The notes under the pieces were generated by a model. It was not told the origin of the DNA. It searched no databases and saw only the letters and a list, made by a program, of their open reading frames with translations. Positions 11,468-25,669 of a stretch of DNA of 64,000 nt are shown piece after piece. The DNA lies in the NCBI GenBank assembly GCA_964016885.1, contig OZ024740.1, forward strand, positions 132,618,001-132,682,000, in the 5' to 3' direction. This DNA comes from Eledone cirrhosa (Eukaryota). The position numbers were made by a program, and so were the translations under genes. The first letter of the stretch is position 1. The number at the start of each line of letters is the position of its first letter.

Positions 11468-11550
11468 ATAAAAGTTGTTTTACAGATAGTGACATATTCA
11501 AAACAAGAACTTATCGTTTTATAAAGATAGTTTCCATTTATTAATATTGT

Positions 11551-11735
11551 TTCTACTATTGGCACAAGGCCAGAAAATTACCCAGTACATTACTGGTACT
11601 TTATTTTATCGACCCCGTAAGGATGAAAGGCAAAGTTAACCTCGGCGGGATTTGAACTCAGAATGGCAAGGGCCGTAACTCTATGCGTCAAAGCATGGCG
11701 TCCGAACCTCTACCGATACTGCCAATCCACCGCCA
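11551..11735 (-). mobile_element. SINE with ~17-bp target-site duplication
   Basis: SINE core; TTCCATTTATTAATATT on both sides. Confidence 0.9.
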
Positions 11736-11881
11736 TTCCATTTATTAATATTATTCATATTATACTTCAGAAGAACCTGTAATGTGCTTCGAGTCTGTTA
11801 TAAAATAAATTTGTTGAATAACCAACAAATTAAATAACTCATTGCTTATATATATATATAATGATATATATATATATATAT

Positions 11882-11977
11882 ATTGGAACGAGTAGGACCC
11901 TACTCGTTCCTATTACCCACTCTACTACCCTAAGTATTGAGTACTTTGGTGCGTTATGGTCCACATTTCCTTCGTTA
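11882..11977 (+). mobile_element. PLE pLTR tail fragment with short inverted head, inserted in (TA)n
   Basis: Reverse complement of about 6160-6252; GGAACGAGTAGG/CCTACTCGTTCC hairpin. Confidence 0.75.
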
Positions 11978-12015
11978 TATATATATATATATATATATAC
12001 ATATATATATTCCTG

Positions 12016-12062
12016 TTTCCTGATGATTTCTGACGAATGAAATAGTTCTAGTCCTGAAGAAG
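12016..12062 (+). ncRNA. Decayed hammerhead, same family as 33003-33108
   Basis: tttc-CTGATGA-tTTC-tgac-GAAt-GAAA-tAG..CTG-aa-gaag. Confidence 0.45.
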
Positions 12063-12072
12063 CTATTCTATA

Positions 12073-12115
<43 letters not shown>

Positions 12116-12406
12116 GTTACTCTTTTACCATTTTATCTGTTGTGGCCTTCCGTCTGAGGTCATGTTTGGGCGAGTATATGAAGTCATATATTGTATGTTT
12201 ATATTCAATAAATATATGGTAGCCACGCTATAAAAAAAAACTGTATTTTCGTAACGAAGAAAATAGAAGTTCTCTATTTTTTTTTCTGTCAGTGATTAGT
12301 CAAACGGTGCGAGAAAAGTAAACTTCACTGTTTCAAAATCGTTAACATTTCATCAGTGATATTCACACTACCGGTACTGAAAACGTTCCTGTTGTTAATT
12401 CCAAAC

Positions 12407-12442
12407 ATACACACGCAAACACACGCAAACACACACACACAC

Positions 12443-12520
<78 letters not shown>

Positions 12521-12547
12521 CCCCCCCCCCCCCCACACACACACACA
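12407..12547. repeat. (CA)n microsatellite
   Basis: Seen directly in the sequence. Confidence 0.95.
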
Positions 12548-13050
12548 TTGACAGTCGATCGACAGGATCCCACACCTCATTCACTTAACGAGTGGATCGG
12601 ACCGAGGATTGCACAAGGACATAACGCATCGCCCAGTCCGGGAATCCAAATCGCAACCTCACGATTGCTAATCCAATTTTCAATATATATATATATATAT
12701 ATATAAAGAAAGAGGGAGAGAGAAAAACACAAATAAGAAAATTGTATGAAAATGATATTGTGAATGTATTAGAGGGTAGAAAAGTGTAAGGAATTGAAAC
12801 AAACTAACAGTTATAGACAGAAGAAAAGGATAGAAATGTCTAGAAAGGATACACACATGTGATGAACAGAGACTTAGATTTTGACAGAATAACGGATACG
12901 TACTTAAACAAGTACATTTTAAAAAAAATGGATAGGTATAGGTGATTCAATAGTTTAATTCGACATTTTTTTTTTCTTACATTATTAGAAAACGGGAATT
13001 CGGTTTATTAATAGCTGTTGGTGTCACATAAAATATTTGTTTTAATAACT

Positions 13051-13235
13051 GTTTCTACTTTAGGCACAAGGCCAGCAATTACTCAGTGCATTACTGGTAC
13101 TTTATTTTATCGACCCCGTAAGGATGAAAGGCAAAGTCAACCTCGGCGGGATTTGAACTCAGATCGTAAAGGGACGTAACTATGCTGGAAAGCATGGCGT
13201 CCGACCCTCTACCGATACTGCCAATCCACCGCCCT
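13051..13235 (-). mobile_element. SINE with 16-bp TSD
   Basis: TATTTGTTTTAATAAC at 13034-13049 and 13236-13251. Confidence 0.92.
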
Positions 13236-14704
13236 TATTTGTTTTAATAACACTTCGCTACTCTCTGTGCATTAACACAAAATCTGGATTATGATTGAGC
13301 TCTCTAAATTTCCATCTCTATATATTAAAACATTTAGAAATTTTCAAATTTGTAACCTACAGTTATAAACTCGTGCATAAACATTTAGGCAGTCAACATT
13401 ATTTAGTTTTTTTATTCGCACCATTCGGTAGAATGGAATAATGGAAAACGGTAGCATGTTTTGAACAACACGTTATAACGGTATATTGACCATATGGATA
13501 TTGCATAAACACCCTTCATCATACGATAAATCTCAGAACGGTTTTATTTAAAGCTAAAGTTCTTAGAAAATAATTTAGATCTGTAGCAGCAAGGTCAAAT
13601 CAATTATGATCTGCTTTCAAACGAGAAACACATTAAGAAGGGAATAATTAATCATGTTATTTTCTCAACACAAAATATTTTAACTTGTTTTAATGAAATA
13701 ATAATGCATCATGCAACACTCAACTCAGCTGTACCACCATAATTTTCACTCATCGTTGCTTAAGTAATGTTATATCCCACTGAAACATTATTTTAACTTT
13801 AAGTGATCAATCCTTAATACAGCAGCGGCAAGTGAAAATAGATAGATATAAGACAACATCCTTGTTAAAGCAAAAGAGAAATCCACGCCCATTTAATGAC
13901 TAATTATATTCTAAAACTTAGCCTGTACCATTTATTAGGCGTAGCACGTATACGAAAACTGCCAAATCATAGACATCACATCGCATATAATTTCAGAAAC
14001 ACCATATATAATTGTTGATTTTGGATGACAACATTTCAACCAAATTTGTCATTATCATTTCTAAGCTTCAAAACAAAGTCTAGATACATAGAATTGTATA
14101 AACCACTTCAAAAATAAGACAAAAGGATTTTAAAATTATTAGTCATCATATGTATTTTTGAGTGGGTATTTATTGATTTGCAAATTAAATATCCTACGCC
14201 TATATTCGTTGTTGGTTTTCATGCTATGGTGTATCTGAATAGCTCAGAATTATTCTCTTAATATAATAATCTTTCTCCTATAGCATCGTATGCAATTACC
14301 CGTTTATTTAGAGATTCTCTCATAGCTACGTTAGCTAGCTGGGTGAAGTGTGGACTTCGCTAAGTAAAGAAAATAAGATTGAATAACATCTAAAGTTGCC
14401 ACTTGTATCACAAAATACCTAATGCCTTTTAAAATAAAAGTATAATTTCCCTGACGAGTTACCTCACTGACATAAAAAAAAATGGGCGAAATATTTTTTC
14501 TTCAAAGCATTTATTCAGCACCGGAAATAAATAAACCCTTGAAGAATATGTATTTTTATTTTTCATAAAGGCTGATCGACAGTGCACGCGATATTGATCT
14601 GATAACATCATGGAACGTTGTGTACCTTCGAACATATGACTATTATGAATTGCTTTTGTACTCAAATATAGAGGGATGTGTGTGTGTGCCAGTATATATG
14701 TATG

Positions 14705-14900
14705 ACAAAGAAGGTGTGGTAAGATATCAGGTGGACCATTAACGCAACAGGGTACTCGATACTCAGAGTAGGAGAATGGGTAATAGGAAAAGAGCCAAGA
14801 CCCCGACGGCTGAGCTCCGGCCGTTTCAACAGCTAGATGCGCGTTCGGATCTAGCTGTCGAAACGGCCGGAGCTCAACCTTTGGGGTCCTGACTCCTTTC
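14705..14900. mobile_element. PLE pLTR fragment with fold-back of the hammerhead 3' half
   Basis: Homologous to about 6165-6290; inverted arms of about 50 bp containing GAAAC-GGC..GCC-GTC-GGGGT. Confidence 0.75.
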
Positions 14901-15431
14901 ATATATATATATATAGATATATATATATATATACACGTATATAAATATGTGTGTTTGTACGTGTGGTTTGTCGTTCTGAATAAAGTGTATGTATAATATG
15001 TATAATTCTAGTATGCGTTCTGACATATTTTACTCAATTCGTTTATCCAATATTTGTTTAATCTTCAGTGACTATATGAAAATATGATGAATTACCAGAT
15101 AGTTTTAGACTGTACAATGAGCTTTCGGAAAATTATATATATACTTTCCATTAATATCCTTTCGTTTGCTTGTAATGTCATAAATATCAAAAATCACCTC
15201 TATATTTCTCTATATATCTCTCTTTGTCTCTTGCATTCACACTAACACATATATTCACATCTTCATATTCAAAAGCACAGGAGCAGATTTTATGAGGAAG
15301 ATGATGCTCATATGCATGACAATATGAAATTTTATATATAAATATATATATAGTTTCCCTGAAACACAATAATATATATTAATATAATGTTCCAGAGAAA
15401 ACATCATAGTCAGAAAGTGAAATAACTATTG

Positions 15432-15745
<314 letters not shown>

Positions 15746-15774
15746 TCATATCGTAAAGTTAAATTCAGAGGAGG

Positions 15775-16760
15775 ATTCTCTTTTCACTGATAAAATAGGA
15801 TATCACAGGGGTATATTTAATGGAGACAGTATGTTTGTGTTACCATTTATTCTGTCATTAAACACCTTTTCCTTTCTGCTCAAGAAATGTAAAGAATACG
15901 TAATTGGCTGAGGGAGGACGGGAATACAACTCATTATACTTCGTGGATGAACTGAATCTCTATGCCAAGAACATACAATAAATGAAAAAAAAAATTGATT
16001 TTGATACGACGTTCTCGAAACATTGGAATGTAGTTCAGCCAGAATAAAAGTTCAAATGTTATTGTAAAGCTAGGAGAATCTTCAAGCCAATCTAGCAACA
16101 TTTTTAACAATGACCAAAGTGTTTCATCGATATCTGACGAGGACTGCTGCAGATAACTAGGGATAGACGAAAATATATATTATGATTGTATTTGTAATAA
16201 GAAATGCGTAACCATGGAATATTATACTCGATTAAGAAAAAATATTATCATCTGAAATCTCTACGCACAATAAAGCCGTGGCTGTGCCAATTATAACAAC
16301 AACATTTGGAATACTAGAAGGGCGATATGAAAAACTGGAACCCGAAAAATCTTAAAAAAACACTAGCAATTTCTACATCAACAGTAGCATAGACCGCGTC
16401 GACCTAAAGCGTAAACTGTGAGGAAGTGGCCTAACATCAGTTCAGAAAGTATTTGAGTTCTGATAGCATCATTTCCCTCCGACAACATCTACGTATCACT
16501 AATCGTAGGAGCCCATCTATTGAGAAAGTCTGTCTTCATGCGACAGATATGATAATGAGCAGATATGGGAAGGAGCTCCTTGAGATATACTGCCTGTATG
16601 ATAACCAAAATCACACACCCAGAGAAATTGCCCAGCAATACCGCAGTGAATATCCATGAAGGAAAAGCTGCCTGGATATCAGTAAAATATCATGATTTGA
16701 TATGTTGTCAGGAGGCTCAAAATTGAGAGTAATAGAGATAAGCAAAGTAATCGTTTAAAT
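15775..16760 (+). mobile_element. Decayed non-LTR RT fragment (R4/Dong-like)
   Basis: RGIFNGDS..LPFILSLN, FVDELNLYA (decayed FVDDLKLYA) and LGIDE. Confidence 0.65.
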
Positions 16761-17219
16761 GGACACAAGTACGTTACACTGACATTATTCTATCGATCCC
16801 ATACGGATAAAAGGCGTGATACTTGGTATGTACGATTCAATAGCCCTGAAAACCAACTTGATCAAGCTGAAAATGAACCGGAAAATGTTTACTTCAGAAG
16901 GAAATTACAGAACAAAGAAATAACAGCTCCAAATCAAGGGTAGATATTCTGGGTGGTTTATTGAAAACAAATTGACAAAAAAGACGCGCACAAATACTAC
17001 AATAGCTGATAAACATGAGAGGACTTGAAAAAAAACCTACAGATTGGGAAAGATGTAAATCAATATTAAGGTTTAATATTATATTAGTTTAAAAGGTACA
17101 TACAAACGTGAGAATATTGCGAGAACTCTGTTCATGTATTAAGTGGTTTGTTATTGCTTTGGAGATAATTCTATGACCGCCATTTCTTATGATTGTATAA
17201 TCAGAAGGCCTTGCTCCCA

Positions 17220-18400
17220 TTTGTGTATGGTTGAGGTTTTTCCGGTATCTTCGATTCGATGGTGAAATCTAAGTTTTGTTTTGAGTTGCCATATTGTATT
17301 TACCAAATTTGTGGTGTTTCGTTTATTTGGGCATCACTAGGTCGTTTCGTGATTTAGGAAGCGATGTTCAAACCTGCTATCTGATATACCGACGTATGAC
17401 TATGCTTTCTTCTGGTGGTGCTGATTCATTGGGGGACCACAGATTAGTATATCATCGCTGGGGTGTTGCATTGTTGATACAGTGGGTACGGCTCATGATT
17501 TTTACAAGAAGATCCCTACACTTTGGGGCTTTGATATTTGTTCTGGAGGCGTGACTTAACGTTCCTGGCAAAGAGCATCCAATTTTGACAGTATGACGGT
17601 TAAATATGGGGTAGAATTAATGTGTTAGAGGGAGGTGTGTATCAATGAAGACTAAAATCTTATTTTCGACAATGATTTTGACATTTCACCTGAGAAGACG
17701 AGAGAACTAAAGATTTGCTATATTTCTAAGTTTTTCCTATTAGTATTTGGGGAGTCGCCTGGGTGTAGGAAATATTCTCGGAGAAGGACACAGTACTGCG
17801 TAAGGCTATAATATTGTAAGGGGCTGCCCTATCAAAAGGTATTGGCTAGAAGAGAGATTAGAGATCCAATTGCTAATATTATTAATTTAATTTGTTAATA
17901 CTATTGGGGTGACAGGGCGTCCTGTATATGCATCTAAGGTTTTCGCTGGGCTTATGGACGACTTTATGCCCGTGTGTATGTAGGTCTAGTTTGAAGGCTA
18001 AGAATGTAACACTAGTGAGGTTGGAGGATATGGTGAGTTTTCGCCCTAGTTCACAAAACGTTGTGATTAGCTCGGCTAAATCTATCGAGATCATGAACAT
18101 TTGTATGGCTCGTAAGAGCCAGACCAGTCTGGAAATCGGGGTATTTCCTGCGTTAGGTATATAGAATAAAGGACCCCACCAAATCACAAATATCCACGCT
18201 GCAATCGATCCCACATCTAGACAGTCGTTTGTTGCAGAGTTCTTTACCCAGATCTCTCTTTTGTTGATGAGAATTGTTATACGGCAGTGCCATATTACCA
18301 GTCCTGAGTTCCCTGATAATGGGGAAAACGTAATGTCACAGTAAGAAAATATTTGATCATATGTCTGCTTGATTAGAACTGAGCTGAAGTTAAACATTTA
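17220..18400 (-). mobile_element. Second, older Naiad-type PLE RT/endonuclease remnant
   Basis: NLTSVTFLAFKLDL..KPSENLRCI...HP and IFNRHTVKIG, collinear with the 7478-8810 element. Confidence 0.7.
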
Positions 18401-19129
18401 CAAGAGTGGATTGAGTCCACACCTGTATATTGTATGTTATACATAAAAGAATTGATAATGATATTATCAATTCTTTTATGTATAACATACAACATACGCT
18501 CCCCACACTTTATCTATTAACATATCAAGTCGTTGTTGTCATGTACTTTCATATATCAAAACAAATAATAGAAGATTGCTAAATGTATTCATAATCAGCT
18601 GAATGTAATTAAATTGATATTTCGATGGTGTTTATTATGATTATTTTGGTTGTTTACTGAAGGTAAACTACGTATCCTTTAGTTTCAACAGCTGCGAATG
18701 TCGTAGTCATTTGATGCAATGTGTTGCAAGGCTGGGAATTACAGATAAGATAAATCAAATGTACTTCCACACAGGTTCCGTCAACCCAATTTCATTTACA
18801 AGGATTCGATCGAATGCCAAATTCCGTAAATCAGTAATCGTTGGAATGAGTCCATCAAAGAACAAAAAAGATCTCATTATACGTATGCAATTAGAATGAA
18901 AGAAGCTAAGCCATCGTTTACTTCCCTTTTTCATTAACTGGGTAGATAAATGAGTAGTAGACAGGATGAAATATGTTTTATGATCCTAGATGCTCTTCTT
19001 GTCTCTATTAAAAAAATGCTACTATTTTCGTATCTCGAATGTGTAGTTATTTTAAGCGGCCATGTAATGAATGAAATGAGTTACAGTATATGTTGTTATT
19101 GTTGTGTTTATATTAGTTCACAAGGATAA

Positions 19130-20500
19130 CATTTTAAATGGACAGTCACATTTGTGTGAAGTCTACATCCATGTAGATAACTATCAATCACATCCGTTTC
19201 AACAAACACTATCTGGATGATATCATCTATAATTTTAACAGTATATGACGTTCTAGATTTCTAATGATGATTGTTGTTTTATAACGACACTCTTCAGGTC
19301 ATAATAGTGTTATTATGTTTATAACTTTCGTCAGATTTCAGTTCAGTTGTTTTTTGTTTATTCTTTAAACAATCTCATATCAATATATTTATAAATGATT
19401 GGCTATAAGAGGGAAAACTCTGCCAAGCGATATTTAAAGATATTAGCAATTGGAATTTTCTAAAGCATCGACGATACCTTGAGCCCTTATTTAGACCCTC
19501 TGCTTATATGCTTTTTACATTATAGAATAACAATCTGAAGTCTGCTACAGAACGAAATGTAAATTGAAGAACTTGTTCCGATATCATATTCACTTAGAAT
19601 ACAATAATTGAGTTGATTAGCTGATTACATACGATCGAAATATATTGTATTTTTTATGTTTCTATAGTTGCAATACATTATAGTATGTTGGCTTGTTATA
19701 GTTGTTGATTACGTCCCGGCATAATGTATTTAGAGCTACATTATACAAATTATCATTCCTTTTTTAAGACAGTAAGTAGGGTTTTAAGGATGACATGTGA
19801 CTTCTATATGCTACTGCATAAGAGCTCTGTGAAAGCATGTCACTGAACAGCTTCCAAGTTTCCAACAGTTACTGTATTTGCTGTAAAGGAATACCTACAT
19901 AAGTATCTGGTGTATATAAATCTAGAAATATTTTGATGGTGCCAGTTGTGCCAGACTCATTCATGTTGTGTATATTGTGAAAATATCTAACTGTCCACAT
20001 TTCAAGCTTATTGGAATGTTAATAATGTACAATGCGATAAGTAACATCATGTTGTATAATATATCTAAAAAGAATGTCGATATCACAGTTCATCTATCAA
20101 GCAGATAAAATGAGGTTTTAATGCAATTTTCTTATGGAAAATAAAACTCAAAATAATTCCGTGGTAGAGAAAAGTATACCTTAACTGAATGACTAATACA
20201 TTCAATTGTCACCAATTCGGCATGTCCGAGAGATGGACAATTCCGGAGGTTTCACTTTCATTACAATTACTCAACGAAGCAAATGGTGTTCTGGAATTGC
20301 CAGTGATGTGATAATCACTGTGTAGGTGTACAAATGCAAACATGAATAAGCATGAGCAATGAGCATATTTAAATAAAACGTTCACCGAGAAAAATTATGT
20401 ATTCAGAAAAGTTATGTATTCATGAAAACGATGGAATATCTCGAATTTGTGTAACCATTTGTGATGCAATGCACTTTTAAATGTTAATTGGAAATGATGA
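19130..20500 (+). pseudogene. Possible heavily decayed EGF-repeat (Notch/Crumbs/fibropellin-like) pseudogene
   Basis: Scattered remnants: CEV..VDNyQSHPfQ, EGKLCQ, GFxGxTCD, DGASC, YCENI, DNHCVGVQ; many stops and frameshifts. Confidence 0.35.
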
Positions 20501-21739
20501 TGAACTTTGAAAAAATAAAATGTCGTTCATTTACTAATATTACATACACCCTTTCAGTTTAATAAGGCCGAAACATGTCGGGCTTATCTGCTTTACTTGC
20601 CGAGATTATTGTATTAATTATTAAGCCAATGTTAGATTTCCTCACAGCAAAGCCATTTTTAATTAGCCCTTTTCGTGTTTACTTCAGCAAATATGTTAAC
20701 AAAAGAATTAACTATAGTTTTTCATGTAGATGGTGTCTCTGAATAATTGTCCTCGATAATTTATTCGATATCACGACAGTCTTTAAGTAGTATAGTGAAA
20801 GAATGTCTTAGTGTTCGTATGATTTAGTATAGAATGTTGTTTATTTGAGCAACAAAACAATTCTAAGTTCAAAACGTTATCCCGATCAAAATGTTCATAT
20901 AGCCATTACATAGTTTGATATGTACATCAGGAGACTAACATATTTTCATTTTCGTCTCATTTGTTTTCTTATATCAAATACAGAGTTAACATAACATTTT
21001 TAAATTTAACCCTGCTCCCTCTGATTACATAGTTCAAACACTCTTATCAATGATGGTTGAGGACAACTTAGCTGGGTTACAAATTTTAACGTTATGGGGG
21101 AATTCCCTACATACATTAAATATAGGGTATATATTAATTGAAACAGTTTCAATTTGCCTCCACGTGATAGGCTATCGTCTTTGGTTCTTAATTGCATTCG
21201 CATTTTAGCCACATTTGATCTCAACGATGTAGATAACGTAATACGCGTCAAATGTAAATCCTTGTGACTAACAAATCTTAATCATATAATGATATTTGAA
21301 TTATATTAGTTCTTAGAATAGTATAAAATATGACAGAAATACATATCGAAAGATAATGTATTTATACATTCAAATGCATTTCGTAACTTATCAATTTTCT
21401 AATTCTTATTGCGACTCGATGATTTTCAAAAATATTTTGTATAATTTGTTTATTTGAAATTTGAAGATATAAAATGTTGGGATATATATCAGTTTTCGAT
21501 ATAACAAACACCTATGTAAATTTTAAATAATGAAATACTGATTAAATATGCAAATACGTCACGGATATTTGAAGGATGCTCTTGCTCATACTCGATGACA
21601 ATGCATAGAGCCAACCAGGTCCACCAGTGCCCTCCACGCAGGTGGTTTCGTGTGTGTGTGCGCATGTGTGTGTATGTGTGTGTCTATCACGTCGAGCCTT
21701 TGTAGAAGTTCATTGATGACATCTATCCATCTGGGGTGG

Positions 21740-22250
21740 GGGCTGTCACGCGGTCTCTTATAGCCTGTACTGCTGCATTGAAAAAGAATAAGACCTTAGA
21801 ATGATGATCTGGGTGAAGGCAGAGGACATGTCCGTACAGCCCATGACACGGATGGCTATGAGGCGGAATTCTACAATATGCATGCCCTCACGCAACTTTT
21901 TGTTGGAAGCGTAGTGGTAACATCTGATGTTTTTGATGGTCCTCAGGGCTCTGCTATCAAATCTATCGATCCTCTTTGTCAATGACTTCATGAAGGGCCA
22001 AATTTCTGCATCATAGTTGAAAACAGAGAGAGCCGACGAGTTGTGGATATAGAGCTCCATCTTCCCGGAGATAGAGCAGTGGCGCCAAATGGGCTTCCAT
22101 AGGAAGTGCATGATCCCGGCGGCCAGACTCCATCTGCCGTTGATCTCCTGGGTTAAGTCTTCATTGTTGGTGATAGATGAGCCCAAGTGAATGAAGGAGC
22201 TGACAAATTCCCTGATGTCGGGGCCAATATGAAATGGGGTCGGGATCTAG
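21740..22250 (-). mobile_element. RTE-clade LINE 3' RT fragment
   Basis: FIHLGSSIT...EINGR..LAAG..LWKPIWRH..IS..K..IHNS..LSVFNY.AEIW...IDRFDSRALR. Confidence 0.8.
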
Positions 22251-23533
22251 GTCATCGTCTGTGGCCGTCCGGACTTTACAACGTCGAGTGAATGATACGT
22301 GTGAGAAGGAAGCAGTTGTCGGCGGTAGAGAGTTTGCTGTAGCGGCACCTAGACAGTAGGCAATTATTGGTAGATGGGTCAGCGAAGGTTGTGATAATAA
22401 GCTGGTCCTGCAATGGGTCCGTTGGTAGGTGCATGGTTCTCTGCAGAATAGTCAGATAATGGTAATGCCATCTTAGCGATGAGTTGACACACCACGGTAC
22501 ACAGTAGGTCTGGGATTTCCCCAGGGCTTCTGTCCGTTTACGGTGGCCATACCAGGAGCAAAGCTGTAGAAGATAACGCCCTTTTGGATTTACGGATCAC
22601 ACAAGCCTCCTAGCCATGACATGGCCAGACCCCGAAGGAGAATGATAGTTTCATAAAATACAAAGGGAAATAAGCATACTCAAGCAGCTGAGTCACATTC
22701 TGTCTTCGTCAACATCCAAAACATAAACATACACATACCGACCATAATTAAATAGGGAATGATACGCGATGGGGCCCCCCACAGCCCCGGCGGTCAGAAT
22801 GGTGAAGGCGTTTCCCGGAGGTGCGCTGGAAAAGGCACTCCAACTAGAGACCAATTCAAACCCATTTGAATCCTTGATGAACTTTTTTTCCAGAATCAAG
22901 AGTAAAGATAAACTTTTGAACTTTCAATTTCGTGAAAACAACACACGCCATTAATCAATAAAAACAAAAGAATGTATTATCTTTAATATTACTATTACTC
23001 GTATTTTCAATAGCATTTTTCATTATTATTATTAGATTTTTTTCCTGTTTTTGTTTCATAAATGTAGAGAAATTATATGGAAAAACACTGACATTTATTG
23101 ATTGTAAAATGGAGATTATGGATAACCGAACAGCGCGCAAAGATCTGTGAATTGTTCGAAGTAAACAAATCTATCTATGATGAATGTAAGATATATATAA
23201 AGATTTGATATATATACCGTATGGCAAGTAACTCAGGGAGACATGTCCATGTTTATCTGATATACCGTAACACTGGTTGATGGCTTTCCGATCTTTGTAA
23301 GATTGGTATTTGGTTACATTTCTCTAGCTTGGGTGTGGTAAATTTTGAAGATGGCTTTATAAAGGTAGATAGAAAGTGTAAATTTAGATCATTGGGTATT
23401 CTAGCTGAATAAAATCATATAGATGCACACACACAGACACATTCATACACAAGTCTTCCTTCATATATATGCGCATTTATGGAGGTATGTGAGCGTGATC
23501 TTGTATGTTTGTGTGTGTGTTATTGTGCATGTG

Positions 23534-23583
<50 letters not shown>

Positions 23584-23871
23584 TCGCGTCGATACGATAC
23601 ACAACACATAATATATACTATATAATATACATCACATATAATATATATGCATATACATACACACATAAATATATATATATATGTGTGTGTGTATGTGTGT
23701 ATGTGTGTCTGTGAGTGTCTATGTGTGGCTGTGTACCTCTGGATAAAAGTAACTAGGATTAAATTACATTATAACATTTAACTGATTAACGACCGTTTTG
23801 ATTAAAATAACATGAATGTTCATTCCTGCTATATTAATCTCCACAGAATCTATTAACTAACATTATTTTAT

Positions 23872-24170
23872 TGATTGGCAGTATCGGTAGAGGGTCGGGC
23901 GCCATGCTTTGAAGCATATAGTTACCTCCCTTTATGATCTGAGTTCAAATCCCGCCGAGGTTAACTTTGCCTTTCATCCTTACGGGGTCGATAAAATAAA
24001 GTACCAGTAATGCACTGGGATAATTGCTGGCCTTGTGCCAAAAGTAGAAACAATTATTTTATACACATGAGGTCCACTTTGCCTTTCATCCTTACGGGGT
24101 CGATGAAATAAAGTACCAGTAATGTACTGGGTAATTTCTGGCCCTGTGCCAAAAGTAGAAACAATTATTA
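23872..24170 (+). mobile_element. SINE plus tandem duplication of its 3' half
   Basis: Core and tail occur twice, each followed by TATACACATG. Confidence 0.85.
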
Positions 24171-24288
24171 TATACACATGTCCATAAGATCACCAAGTCC
24201 GAGAATCTGAACAAATTCAAAATGTCATCATTGGATTGAGTAGGGTGAAATGAAAGGACAATATACCACTGGCCAGTCCCAAATGTCA

Positions 24289-25231
24289 TCTATATATATA
24301 AAACTGTGGTTGTCTGTCTGTCTATCGATTTTTGGCACACATCTCCTCTTAGAATCTCTCACGGAATTGCACCGAAATTGCTATACTTGTACATTGAGCC
24401 CTAGCGAAGACATCGGGAAAAGAAATTTCAAATTGACCCACCCTATGTGACGAAATCGAATATAATGTATCGATTTTTGAGCGTAAGTTATCAGTTATTT
24501 CCCTTTGTTCTGTTTACATTGAGCGTCTTACGTAAAAAATTACGCTGGCTTTCTCAGCGTTTAAAATGACATTAACACAATACACGAACAGTTGAACACT
24601 AAGCTTCCGTTTTGCTTCATTTCCATTTAAAAGCATTTTAAAACAATATTTTTACTTGAAAACAAGTCTATTTAAAGACTACGTAAAACAAGCAAATATT
24701 TCGTCGTTAGGCGTGCAGACAGACAGTCGTGCAGACAGACAGTCGTGCAGAGAGGTGATATACGCGTGCAGACAGACAGTCGTGCAGAGAGGTGATATAG
24801 GCGTGCAGACAGACAGTCGTGCAGAGTGGTGATATAGGCGTGCAGACAGACAGTCGTGCAGAGAGGTGATATAGGCGTGCAGACAGACAGTCGTGCAGAG
24901 AGGTGATATAGGCGTGCAGACAGACATAACTGATAATTTGGTTACGCTAATGTTTTTCTCTGCGTTGCAGTGTTTACATTTTCGATCTTTGTTAATAAAT
25001 AACCAGTGCAGTTTCTATCCCCAGCATCCTCTTTTGTTATAACATTCGGGTTATCGTTATGTTTTCTTAACTTCATAAGGCATATTGTTGGTTGAGGGAA
25101 TATTAATCAAAAACACCACATGCAAGTCTGCACAGTAGACACTACAGTTTTTAAGCCAAGAAAGAACCTTAACATTGTAACTTTAACACAGCTACTGAGC
25201 GACCCCGAGCAACGCCGGGCTTTACTGCTAG
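24289..25231 (+). mobile_element. Non-autonomous Helitron
   Basis: 5' TC(TATATATATAAAA), GTCT microsatellite, 3' hairpin CCCG-agcaacgc-CGGG, terminal CTAG; inserted between A24288 and T25232. Confidence 0.85.
24709..24926. repeat. 37-bp minisatellite (about 5-6 units) inside the Helitron
   Basis: AGGCGTGCAGACAGACAGTCGTGCAGAGAGGTGATAT repeated. Confidence 0.95.
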
Positions 25232-25410
25232 TCTTAAATAAAGAGAAATGAAAGTGTGCAACACCTAAATATTGTACTAATCACCTATAATTCGGTATGC
25301 CTTCTTGTATTATCAATTCAAGCACGTACGCAATCGGCAAAGGATGATTATAAATAGTTCGCAAAATGTAACACCATAAGTGGATAAAGGATAAAGATCC
25401 CATATCTCCT

Positions 25411-25515
<105 letters not shown>

Positions 25516-25669
25516 TATGTATAACGGAATTTCAAATAAATGAGAATCAACTGAATATGGCCTCCGATCTTATATATATATATATATATATATATAAAAC
25601 GTGAATGTGGCTCAGTATACCACAGACACGCGTACACTAAACGTAATTCTCAGGGTGATTCAGAAGCAA

